DNA of 64,000 nucleotides from Haliotis rubra (taxonomy: Eukaryota), in the NCBI RefSeq assembly GCF_003918875.1, contig NW_025766559.1, positions 620,001 to 684,000 of the forward strand, in the 5' to 3' direction. The first letter of the stretch is position 1; each line of letters opens with the position of its first letter. This document shows positions 51,785 through 64,000 of this stretch, piece by piece. Made by a program: the position numbers and the translations under genes. The notes below the pieces were generated by a model. It had not been told where the DNA came from. It ran no database searches and saw nothing but the letters and a program-made list of their open reading frames with translations.

Positions 51785-53950
51785 TAAGAGTCACGTACAC
51801 TTATACAGGGAGGAGACAGTCACGTACACATGTATTGGGAGGGAGACAGTCAAGTACAGATGTACTGGGAGGAGACAGTCACCTACACATGTATTGGGAG
51901 GGAGACAGTCAAGTACAGATGTACTGGGAGGAGACAGTCACGTACAGATGTATTGGGAGGAGACAGTCACGTACACATGTATAGGAGGGTAGACAGTCAA
52001 GTACAGATGTACTGGGAGGGAGACAGTCACGTACACACGTATTAGGAGGAAGACAGTCAGGTACACATATATTGAGAGGAGACAGTCACGTACACATGTA
52101 TTGGGAGGGAGACAGTCACGTACAGATGTATTGGGAGGAGACAGTCACGTACACATATACTGAGAGGAGACAGTCACGTACACATGTATTGGGAGGGAGA
52201 CAGTCACGTACAGATGTATTGGGAGGAGACAGTCACGTACACATATACTGAGAGGAGACAGTCACGTACACATGTATTGGGAGGAGACAGTCAAGTACAG
52301 GAGTATAGGAGGGTAGACAGTCAAGTACACATGTACTGGGAGGAGACAGTCACGTACACATATATTGAGAGGAGACAGTCACGTACAGATGTACTGAAAG
52401 GAGACAGTCAAGTACAGATGTACTGGGAGGAGACAGTCACTTACACATGTACTGGGAGGAGACAGTCACGTACAGATGTACTGGGATAGAGACAGTAACG
52501 AACACATGTATAGGAGGGAGACAGTCAAGTACACATATATAGGGAGAAGACAGTTACGTACACATGTATAGGAGGGACATAGTCACGTACACATGTATAG
52601 GAGGGACATAGTCACGTACACATATATAGGGAGAAGACAGTCACGTACACATGTACAAGAGGAAGAAAGTCACGTACAGATGTACAGGGAGGAGACAGTC
52701 ACGTGCACACGTACAGGGAGGAGACAGTCACGTTCAGATGTATTGGGAGGAGACAGTCACGTACACATGTATGGGAGGGAGACAGTCACGTACACACGCA
52801 CAGGGAGAAGACAGTCACGTACAGATGTATTGGGAGGAGACAGTCACGTACGCATGTATGGGAGGGAGATAGCCACATACACATGTACTGAGAAGAGACA
52901 GTCACGTACAGATTTACTAGGAGTGAGACAGTCACGTACAAACGCACAGGGAGAAGACAGTCACGTACAGATGTACAGGGAGGAGACAGTCACGTGCACA
53001 CGTACAGGGAGGAGACAGTCACGTACAGATGTACAGGGAGAAGACAGTCACGTACAGATGTATAGGAGGGAGATAGTCACGAACACACGTACTGGGAGGG
53101 AGACAGTCACGTACACATGTACTGGGAAGAGACAGTCACGTACAGATGTATTAGGAGGAGATAGTCACGTACACATATATAGGAGGGAGATAGTCACGTA
53201 CATACATGCTGGGAGGAAACAGTCACGTACACATGTACTTTGAGGTAGACAGTCACGTACAGATGTACAGGGAGGAGAGAGTCACGTACACATGTACAGG
53301 GAGGAGACAGTCACGTACACATGTACAGGGATGGAGATAGTCACGTACACATGTACAGGGATGGAGACAGTCACCTACACATGTACTTCGAGGAGACAGT
53401 CACGTACACATGTATTGGAGAGAGATTGTGACGTACATATGTATAGGAGGGAGATAGTCACGTACACTTGTACAGGAGGGAAATAGTCACGTACACATGT
53501 ATAGGAGAGAGATAGTCACGTACACATGTATAGGAGGGAGATAGTCACGTACACATGTATAGGGAGGAGACAGTCACGTACACATGTACATGGAGGAGAC
53601 AGTCACGTACAGATGTATAGGAGGGAGATAGTGACGTACATATGTATAGGAGGGAGATAGTCACCTACACATGTATAGGAGAGAGATAGTCACGTACACA
53701 TGTATGAGGGAGATAGTCACGTACACATGTAAAGGAGGGAGATAGTCACGTACACATGTATAGGGAGGAGACAGTCACGTACAGATGTATAGGAGGGAGA
53801 TAGTCACGTACACATGTATAGGAGGGAAATAGTCACGTACACATGTATAGGAGGGAAATAGTCACGTACACATGTATAATAGGGAGATAGTCACGTACAT
53901 GCGTACAGGGAGGGAGACAGTTGCGAAGAAGCGTATAAGGGGGAGAATCA
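51785..53950. repeat. 29-30-bp minisatellite, ~70 copies
   Basis: Unit GAGACAGTCACGTACACATGTACTGGGAG and variants. Confidence 0.96.
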
Positions 53951-54609
53951 TGTAGACACGTACAAGGTGGGAGACAGTTTCGTTGTTACATATAGGGGAC
54001 ACTCACATAGACACAGGAAAGAACAACATTACGTAAACACGTAACAAAGAGAGACAGGGTCTTGAATGCATTCAGCCACTCATGCACGCACAGTGAATTA
54101 CAGGCATAAACGCCAAAAATTGTTTATAATACATTGTGCTTGCGTATTTGATGCCTTTTGAACCAGAACAGAATTTCGTTGCGATTCAGGCTCTAAGTCT
54201 CACATGAAACCTTGACTGCAAGCATTCGTTTGTTCGCATATCGCTTTACGAGGGGAGTTGCCATCGTTTATCATATTTTGACAGATACACTTGCGGCTTC
54301 GTGGCTTGTAATAATACATGAACACACATACGTTATTTACACCAAACAAACATGGATGGTTTTAAGATTTTAATAAAAATATAAATGAAGGAGAGAGCAG
54401 TCTCGGATCAACTGGCAATCCATGCAAATATTATTCAAGTCATTTCCGAAAAACCTGTACGTAACCCGAAACTGTATGAGGTGAGTAAGGGATATGACAA
54501 GGTTGGACGGCCCCGGGCAAGTATACTTGTTCTAGTATACTATGTCTGAGTTGAGCATTTTACGGCGTGCTATCTTAGTGTTCAAGCATTAACGACACGC
54601 AGACAGTGC

Positions 54610-57510
54610 CCGCCCTCCCTGTCAACACTCCTCTACCCTCTCCCCCACCCCTTCCGCCCATCAACACACCCTATACCCTCCTCTACGACCACCTATCCCA
54701 CCAATACACTTCTCCTCCCCAAGACCCCCGATACACCTCCTGTACCCCCCCCACCACCACCCAAACACCTCTACCCTTCCCTACGTGCCCCACCACTCAT
54801 ACACCTTGTACGTGCCCCACGACCACATACCCCATCAACACACATTCTACGCTCCCCGCACGAACCCCCGCCGCCATATACGCTACACTTCTACCCTCCC
54901 TCCACGACCACCTACCCCACCAATGCACCTCTACCTTCCTCCACACCCACCTACTCCATCAATACACCCTTTACCTTCTCCACACCCACCTACCCCACCA
55001 ATGCACCCTCTACCTTCCTCCACACCCACCTTCTCCATCAATACACTTCTCTACCTTCCTCCACACCCACCTACTCCATCAATACACCCTCCACCCTCTA
55101 CCACCCCTACAATCCCTCCATCAATACACCCTCTACCGCCTGCACGACCACCTACTCCATCAATACACCCTCTACCTTCCTCCACACCCACCTACTCCAT
55201 CAATACACCCTCTACCTTCCTCCACACCCACCTACTCCATCAATACACCCTCTACCTTCCTCCACACCCACCTACTCCACCAATGCACCCTCTACCTTCC
55301 TTTACACCCACCTACTCCATCAATACGCTCTCTACCTTCCTCCACACCCACCTACTCCATCAGTACACCCTCTACCTTCCTCCACACCCACCTACTCCAT
55401 CAATACACCCTCTACCTTCCTCCACACCCACCTACTCCACCAATGCACCCTCTACCTTCCTCCACACCCACCTACTCCATCAATACACCCTCTACCTTCC
55501 TCCACACCCACCTTCTCCATCAATACACCCTCTACCTTCCTCCACACCCACCTACTCCATCAATACACCCTCCACCCTCTACCACTCCTACGATCCCTCC
55601 ATCAATTCACCCTCTACCGCCCTCACGACCACCTACCCTATCAAAACACCTCCACCCTCCTCCACAACCACCTACCCTATCAACACAGCCTCCACCCTCC
55701 CCCACAACCCCCTACCCCATCAACACAGCCTCCACCCTCCTCCACAACCACCTATCACATCAACACAGCCTCCACCCTCCTCCACAACCACCTACCCCAT
55801 CAACACACCTCTCACAATCCCCCACGACTACCTACCCCATTAACACATCATCGCCCCTCTATAACCCCCCACGACTACCTACCCCATCAACACACCCTCT
55901 ACAACCCCCCACGACTACCTACCCCATCACACCCTCTACAACCCCCTCTACGACTACCTACCCCATCAACACACCCTCTACAACCCCCCACGACTACCTA
56001 CCCCATCAACACACCCTCTACAACCCCCTACGACTACCTACCCCATCAACACACCCCTACAACCCTCAACGACTACCTACCCCATCAACACACCCCTCTA
56101 CAACCCCCCACGACTACCTGACTTAACATCCACCCCATCAACACTACCCTCTAACAACACCCTCTACGACTACCTACCCCATCAACACACCCTCTACAAC
56201 CCCCTAATGACTACCTACCACATCATCAACACACCCTCTACAACCCCCTACGACTACCTGCACCCCATCAACACACCCTCTACAACCCCCACGACTACCT
56301 ACCCCATCAACACACCCTCACAACCCCTACGACCACCTCCACCCCATCAACACACCCTCTACAGCCCCCACGACTACCTACCCCATCAACACACCTCTAC
56401 ACCCCCTACGACTACCTACCCCATCAACACACCCTCTACAACCCCCCTACGACTACCTACCCCATCAACACACCTCTACAACCCCTCAACGACTACCTAC
56501 CCCATCATCCAACCCCACCCCTCCCCCACGACTACTCTACCCCATCAACACACCCTCTACACCCCTCTACGACTACTCTACCCCATCAACACACCCTTCT
56601 ACAACCCCTGAACGGCTACCTACCCCATCAAACAACCCTCTACCTCCCAACGACAACCTACCACATCATCCAACCTCTACCCTCCCCCCACGACCACTCC
56701 ACCCCATCAACACACCCTCTACAACCCCCTCACGACTACCTACCCCATCAACACACCCTACAACCCCCTACCACTACCTACCCATCACCACACCCTCTAC
56801 AACCCCCACGACTACCTACCCCATCAACACACTTCTACAACCCCTACCACTACTACTACCCCATCAACACACCCTACAACCCCCACGACTACCTACCCCA
56901 TCAACACACCTCTACACCCCCACGACTACCTACCCCATCAACACACCCTCTACAACCCCCTACGACTACTCTACCCCATCAACACACCCTACAACCCTCA
57001 ACGACTACCTACCCCATCATCCAACAACTCTACCCTCCCCCACGACTACCTACCCCATCAACACACCCTCTACACTTCTACGACTACCTACCCCATCAAC
57101 ACACCTCTACAACCCTGAACGGCTACCTACCCCATCAAACAACCCTCTACCCTCCCCCAGCGACAACCTACCACATCATCCAACCTCTACCCTCCCCCAC
57201 GACCAAGTCAATGCACCCTACTACCCTCCCCCATCACCCCATTACCCCCTCAATGTATCTTCCTCCACGACCCATCCCTCAATTCACATCTACCTTCCTC
57301 CGCGACCACCTACCCCATCAACAGACCCTCTACCCTCCCCACAACCACCTATGCCATCATTACACCTTCTACCCTCCCCAACAACCGCCTAATCCATCAA
57401 CACACCCTCTATCCTCCCGCACGACCCCCATCCCCACCCCCACCCCCAATAAACCATCTACCTGTGCTCTGTGACCACCTATCCCATCGACACATCCTCT
57501 ACCTTCCTCC
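54610..57510. repeat. C-rich ~40-bp minisatellite
   Basis: Unit CAATACACCCTCTACCTTCCTCCACACCCACCTACTCCAT (55201->55241) shifting to CAACACACCCTCTACAACCCCCACGACTACCTACCCCAT. Confidence 0.95.
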
Positions 57511-58388
57511 TACCTTCCGTGTACACTCACGCACACATCATAACTCTCATACTATTATCAATAGTGATACACAACGTGAAACACAATTTCCTCTCATCTC
57601 TGACATAGCCGTGAACGCGAATTTGATTCATTTCATCAACTATGCTTGTCTTGAAATACTGCAGCTGATAACTCAGTATATATTCAGTAACCACAAAGTC
57701 TCTGTGCTAACGATGTTTCAGATTCTGCTTGACATTGTAGCATGGGATTATCTGTTGACTGGAATGTTTGGGTGTTCTTATCATTTGCTTGAAACGCCTG
57801 TCAACTTGCGGCAGGATACAGAGGTCGTTATCGTCGTTTTGAGACTTCATTCCAATGACATATCTCCCAACAGGTGTTCGTATATGCCTGATCAGATTGC
57901 TTAGGAAGATAATGGTCCTCTATCAGTCACGTCCACACTCACCATAAACAAGTGCATTTAGCATTCTAAAACATGCACGTTAGACACATTTACGATTTGT
58001 GATGTTTATGTAAGAGTGTGTTTTCCACTTAAGCCCGAGACCTGACAATCACGTTTGAGTCTTGATGCAATTTTCCTGTCAACGAATTCAGAGGCGTTAT
58101 TTACGGGTGTATCACCTTTCTGAGTTTTTGACCTTCGGGGGTTTCGGTTTTGACACAGCCGTCTCTTTGTCCGTCTAATGACTTGTTGCAACGTGTCGAA
58201 CTGATAGTTTTTACTGGGTTGTTGGTAGAGGTCCTTTTTCACATTTTGTGGCGTCGCAGATTTGTATGGTCTCATTGTTTTTGAAAAGTCAGCCAGTCAG
58301 TAAGAGAGCGTGGGTTTAGGTAGCCTTTAGTAATATTCTTGCTGTATAATGCGTTAATACAATATACCCTATATTCATCTGTGAATAA

Positions 58389-58550
58389 GTGGGGTAGCCT
58401 AGTGGTTAAAGCGTTTGCTCGTCACGCCGAAGACTCGGGTTCGATTCCCCACATGGACACAATGTGTGAAGCCCATTTCTGGTGTCCCCCGCCGTGATAT
58501 TGCTGGAATATTGCTTAAGGTGACGTAAAACTAAACTCACTCACTTACTT
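58389..58550 (+). mobile_element. SINE family A
   Basis: TSD ATCTGTGAAT. Confidence 0.88.
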
Positions 58551-58978
58551 ATCTGTGAATCGGACCGGACCGTCACTTTAACCACCAGCCTACACCACGT
58601 TTATAAACCCTCTCCTACGTTCGTTGGATCTTTCAGAGACTATCCACGACGTACCTACTTCTCCCTCGTTCAAAACAATAGGACTACCAATATAAAACCA
58701 TACTCGTCCAATTCTGCCCAGACCATCAACACCACAGCTTTTTAAGTGACACATGCCATTGGTGGGTTAACGAGATATCGTGGTAATACAAGTACCTGCT
58801 TCAGATAACATTCCAGCGTGACTCCAACGAGATCACCAAGTTTCGTGCGCAATCAGATAACGTTCATATGTTTATCTAACTACACATTCAAACGATGTCC
58901 CTCCCGTGGTTGTGTAACCTTTGTGTCGTTGAGTCAAAGTTAACTAGCGTCATGATGTACCTCCCATGTCACACCATT

Positions 58979-59595
58979 CCCAGCTAACAATTTCACGTTG
59001 TCACAACGTTATGCTTTCGCTGTTACAACGTTATTCTGTGGACTCTATTTACGTTGTCACAATGTTGTTCCCTGACGTTGTGATACGTTATCTTTACGTC
59101 AACGTTATGCTTTCGCTGTTACAACGTTATTCTGTGGACTCCATTTCCGTTGTCACAGCGTTGTTGCCTGACGTTGCGGTACGTCATTTGTACGTCACCA
59201 CACGTTAAACGTAGTTTATGCTAACGTATTTTACATTGTCTTAACCTTCTATTTAACGTTAATAGTTGAATAGTTTTCCCAGTAGTGAACACAACGTAAG
59301 AAACAAAGCGGAAATTCACTTCAATGTTTGTTCGTCAATTTGCATGTTGTTTTGGTCGTGTGTTTCTGTAGCTGCAGCTGAATAGTGAAGAAAGAATCTT
59401 TGAAAGGTTTTACAGAAAACTCTGTCGTGACACCAACTTGTGAGAAACGTTGTTATAACCTTGCGAGGAGCCCAAAGCCTAACGTTTCGTCAGCGTTAAT
59501 TTGCAACGTTATTATTACGTTGTGACATAACGTAATACTAACGTGACAACGTTGTGTCATGACGTTACCAATCTTCAACCTTCCCGTTAGCTGGG
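58979..59595. mobile_element. CMC/EnSpm-like non-autonomous element
   Basis: TIR CCCAGCTAAC/GTTAGCTGGG, 2-bp TT flanks, many AACGTT subterminal repeats. Confidence 0.7.
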
Positions 59596-60561
59596 TTAAT
59601 CCCTGGTACTTATTCCCGATTGGCTCTAATCAAGATTCATCTATTGTTGGCACCGTGACCCGCAGCCTGATTCATACCCATGGATCTTATCCAAGTCATA
59701 AATTGTTTATCCGAACAAATGTATTATCCGGAAGCCGTTTGTGCAAAGGTCCAGATTCACGGGGCTTTGGTATTTCTGGATTTGGGCAACACCAAGCAGT
59801 GGTTGGGCACGTGTTGTTCTGCTACCATGCGTTATACGTTAACTTCTTGTGGCATTTACAAGCTGGTATGATGAAGAGGAAGGCTTTTTTATGGATAGAC
59901 AACTTCTTTATTGCAACAGATGCAACGTTTCGGTGTAGATGCTAACATCGTTATCGGGCAAACATCTTCTTCCGTACAAATTAGTTGGTACGGTCACAAA
60001 GTTGTACCCATAAGAATTCAAAATACACCCGAAGTGTACAGTTGCCCCGTATATATTTTTAGATTAGTCAGCACCATAGTCTGACTTTGTGGTTTAACCC
60101 TTTAACATCTGCAAAGTTTCTTTCTATCCGCAGGCACAGTTAAAACACTCTGACATACTTAAGTGCTGTTCTGAGTGGAGTGAAATCAAACTCAGTCCTT
60201 GATCTCTCACTCCAGTGCAAACCTCTTGTTTCAGTCATGACGTATTGGGTTCCTGGTCTGTCTTGTAATGTAAGCACTGGCCTAGTTTATTTCACAATGA
60301 GGCCTAACAGTTTGCTGTGGAGTGGTAAACTGAAAAGAAGGGAAGACAAATGTAATACGCTGGAGGTCTATCGATTATTTAATATCGATCGATAGTGGGC
60401 ATATAGCCAATTCAATTCTACAGATTTACCCACCCAACCTACAAATAATGAGACCAGTGAAACTGCCCTACTTCTGTTTTTCTCTCTCCCTCTCTTCTCG
60501 CTCTCACTATATATACATATACATATATGTGTGTTAGACTAACGTTTAGTCTCTAAATATA

Positions 60562-62043
60562 TACTCTCCCAAAAAAGAAACGCATATAGGAATTTCAACT
60601 GTATTGTTATGTTTATTTTGAAACATCTTGTAGGCTTTATGAGTCAATGAAATATAGCGAAATTGCACACTGGGAATGCAGACTCATCCGTCTTTGGCAC
60701 CAACTCGAGGAAAGTCAGTTTGAGTGTCACATGGAGACATGTGGTGGCGCTGAAGTCAATAACTCGTGTGACCACCGTGGGCATCCAGAACTGCATGGCA
60801 TCGCCTCGGCATCGAACGAATAAGTCTCAGAATCTCGTGTTGCCCAATCGCAGCCCACTCTGCCTGTAGTGCCTGTGCGAGTTGCTGAAGTGTCTGGGGC
60901 TGAGGGTTACGATGTCGCACCCGTCTGTCCAGGGCATCCCACAGATGTTCGATCGGGTTTAAGTCCGGTGATCTTGATGGGCCAGGGGAGCACATTGATG
61001 TTGTGGTTCTGGAGGAAGTCTCCAGTGTGACGTGCTGTGTTGGGCCTGGCATTGTCCTGTTGAAACAACTCTCTCTGGCGATCAATGGTTGGAAGGAGGT
61101 GTGGGCGTAGGATTTCGTCACAGTACCGTTGAGCTGTCAGGTTGCCCTGGATCATCACCAAATCACTTCTCCTACGGCACCTGGGGAACGCAAGCGTCGG
61201 CGAAACGTTCACGTCGACGTCTGTTCACCCGCATTATTCCATCGCGTCGTTCCAATAGAAATCGTGATTCATCACTGAACCAGATTCTACGCCAATTCGG
61301 TAGGTTCCAGGCCTGGACGTTGGTGCACCATTGAACTCGATGTCGACGATGTTGTTGTCGAAGCACAGGGCCAAGATAAGGTCTTCTGGCACGTAAACCA
61401 GCCTCTCTCAACCTGTCCCTGACGGTCTGTGCAGAAAGCCTCCTCAATCCGGGTATTTGTCGAGCGGTACTGGTCGCCGTAGCTGTTCGATGACGCAGGT
61501 GATGTACCCGGATGTAATGATCCTGCGCCGCAGTGGTCGCTCGAGGTCGCCCACTACGAGGGGCATCTGCTACCTCATTCTGCCGGCGATATCTCTCCCA
61601 GAGCCGTGAAATGGTGCTTTGGTGAACATTCATGCGTCGGGCAACTGCACGTTGAGACTGGCCAGCTTCAAGCAAACCAATGGCGATATGACGGTTGGCT
61701 TCACTTAGACGTGGCATTTTGCGTTCCTCAACAATATTCCAAATACAGTGAATAATCGACAAACAGCCATCAACCTTTTATACCCATCATTGAGACTATC
61801 TGATCCCCAACTTTCACGTGCATTGCATGTGAATTGTGTATTCTGTGACACTACACGCCGAAATTGAAAATCATGCTGTTAAATACGGGTATTTTACGGA
61901 TGGTGCGTTTTGTTGTGATGTTTCAAAACATAAACACCATAGGACTCATAAACAGACCAAAACCTTTTGTAAAATGAATCACGTTTTAATTCATTGCTAC
62001 ATGAAATTGCTATTTTCATGATGCGTTTCTTTTTGGGAGAGTA
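60562..62043 (-). mobile_element. Tc1/mariner DNA transposon (DD34E), both TIRs present, transposase disrupted
   Basis: TIRs TACTCTCCCAAAAA(A)GAAACGCAT in a TA context; inserted in the P450 intron. Confidence 0.93.
60756..61717 (-). pseudogene. Tc1 transposase with two frameshifts
   Basis: HTH, GRPR, WFSDESRF, FQQDNARP, SPDLNPIEHLW with 34 aa from D to E. Deletion/frameshift at ~61175 and +1 at ~60980. Confidence 0.92.
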
Positions 62044-62467
62044 TATATAATTGTGTTAGTAACAAATAATCCCATTCAAAATGAAAAGGAACCCCAGTGA
62101 GATGTGAGATTTAGAACCCGAGGAAATCTAGACTTGCTTCATTTAAGGCTTTAGCATTGCCGAGAGGGCTAGGCAGAGGAAAACAATATGGTTGAGTTAC
62201 TGTCAGACAGACTAATATGTACGTATATATACAGTCTGTATGACAAGGTACATACAAGCTTGCTTATCCTACAAAAATAATCATACAGCTTTTTCATTCA
62301 TTTGTAAATATAATTGTCCAAAAGGGTCAGCTGTCACACATTCAAACTTTCAAATTTACACAGATTGTTTTGTTAACTTCGCAATTCCAGTTACGCAAAA
62401 ATAATTCTTATTCTACCTTTCAAGACCTTGTCGTGTGAATATCAGTACGACTGTCTGTTGTTTGATC

Positions 62468-62574
62468 TTCCCCACATAGGTACAATGTGTGAAGCCCATA
62501 TCTGGTGTTCCCCACCGTGATATTGGTGGAACATTGCTAAAACCGGCGTAAAACTAAACTCATTCACTCACTCA
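62468..62574 (+). mobile_element. 5'-truncated SINE family A
   Basis: TSD CTGTTGTTTGATC. Confidence 0.82.
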
Positions 62575-62650
62575 CTGTTGTTTGATCAGGTAAAGGCTTT
62601 ACCTCAGTACTTTGTGTATATGCTCTATACACGTAAGTGATTTTCCACAG

Positions 62651-62863
62651 CTTACCGGGAGACGGCGAGAGGGCAATGATGAGCTGATGAAGGTGGTGTC
62701 TAGCATTGAACATGATCTCAGCTTCCTTGCCAATCCAGGCAACAGCCTTTTGATGGCGCTGTTTCCCTTTATGAGATACCTTCCCAGCAAGACTGGTCGG
62801 AGTTACAGAAACTTTATGGGCAAAATGGACGAAGTGGTCGGCATGTTCATCAAAGAATATTCA
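62651..62863 (+). CDS. Cytochrome P450, coding exon 3
   Basis: TTTTCCACAG acceptor and GTAAGT donor, phase 0/0; LTGRR...LFPFMRYLP (F-G region). Confidence 0.88.
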
Positions 62864-63062
62864 GTAAGTAGCTTAATGTTTGTCAAAATCTGAAAGATGT
62901 ATCTAGTAAACGTTCTTTTGAACGTTATTTGCATGTGTCACCCATTGCTTTTCTTTGTTATTTTTCAGATTTAAAAAGCAATCCATTTTATTGCGTGAAT
63001 GACGACGATTTTAGGTAAAATATCCCGGATCGAATATGTATAGAGCTTATTGAAAATAATCA

Positions 63063-63306
63063 ACCCGAGAAGATCCGGGTTAGAATTGGTCTTCAGCAAC
63101 CCATTCTTCGCGTAAGGGGCGACTAACGAGATCGGGTGGTCAGGCTCGCTGACATGGTTGACACATGTCATCGTATCGCATTTGCGTAGATGGATACTTA
63201 TGCTGTTGATCACTGGATTGTCTGGTCTGGATTGTCTGTATTTACAGGCCGCCGCCATATAGCTTGAATATTCCTGCGTTCGCAGTTAAACAACAGAAAA
63301 CAAAAC
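63063..63306 (+). mobile_element. SINE-like family B
   Basis: Ends ~25 bp before P450 exon 4. Confidence 0.88.
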
Positions 63307-63332
63307 ATAATGACATTGTTTTTTTTTTTCAG

Positions 63333-63453
63333 AATGGAGACATTGATAGCGAAAGTACAGCAGGCCAGCTTCTCGGTGGGAACGTTGAAGTAGAGGGGAA
63401 AAAGTTGACCGAAGATGATATCAGAGGCCTTGTCATGGATCTTCTTGGCGCAG
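63333..63453 (+). CDS. Cytochrome P450, coding exon 4 (start of I-helix); gene continues beyond the window
   Basis: Poly-T CAG acceptor; LTEDDIRGLVMDLLGAG with a phase-1 donor after the AG, typical of clan-2 P450s. Confidence 0.88.
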
Positions 63454-64000
63454 GTTGTAACCCATTGTAACCCATCATACAATACGTGTGACTATTATAC
63501 GACATATAAACTGAACGCCAAAAGAAATGTTACACCTCTGAACATTAGAATATCCTAAAATGTTATATGGATAGAAGACTTTGGTTTGGTATGTTTTAAC
63601 AACCAATCATGTAACTCTGTTGAGTCAAAACATCAGACTGATGAATTCATTGATAATTAGGATATCGACATGTTTGTTTAGGTGGGGTCCATTGTCCTAT
63701 TTTCAATCATGTAAAAATTCAACTCAAAAGTGTAAAAAACAGTTAATAATGGGTCCAAATGATATTGTTTATGATGATAATGCATGCACATTCACAAAGA
63801 GTGATAAAGTTGGGTTTTGGATATGAAAGAATGGTTGTTTACCGTAAAAAGGGACCCAATGCTGAAATTGGATTTTTGTCTCTTTAAAACACATTCCAAC
63901 CACTTGAGGTTTAATTTTTGGATCATTATGACTTTCGACTGTTTTAGGACTGTTTCCATAAATAGACCAAGAGCCAAATGGTCTAAATTTAGCCCAAAGG

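Noticed and set aside
51724-53486. Repetitive ORFs (RRQSRTHV.., MYWEETVTY..)
   Set aside because: Translations of the 29-30-bp minisatellite.
54606-56611. Long Pro/His/Thr-rich ORFs (506, 352 and 134 aa) as a mucin- or extensin-like gene
   Set aside because: Open in several frames because the C-rich minisatellite lacks stops; lies inside a P450 intron.

Overview
Eukaryotic, repeat-rich scaffold from a marine invertebrate, most likely a mollusc (the SINE types suggest abalone; not verified), with three N-gaps. Two host genes can be reconstructed by hand. (1) A minus-strand secreted F-type lectin + PAN/apple gene (9070->6756) that appears pseudogenised, with a 67-bp tandem array just upstream of its ATG. 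(2) A plus-strand clan-2-like cytochrome P450 with four coding exons (47602-63453) that runs off the window end; its 12-kb intron holds two large minisatellites and a frameshifted DD34E Tc1 element. The rest is mostly mobile DNA: about 18 tRNA-headed SINEs (family A), about 16 SINE-like elements with the same tail but a fixed, pseudoknot-forming head (family B), a MetaSINE, a 5S/Deu SINE, I/Nimb and RTE-X LINE fragments, Penelope-like palindromes with hammerhead-like motifs, and several MITEs. The family-B head is the best candidate for an undescribed RNA element. The 12.9-15.2 kb stretch looks like poorly polished duplicated sequence, and there is an inverted duplication at 19.3-21.7 kb / 28.6-29.8 kb. 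Most ORFs in the supplied track are spurious.
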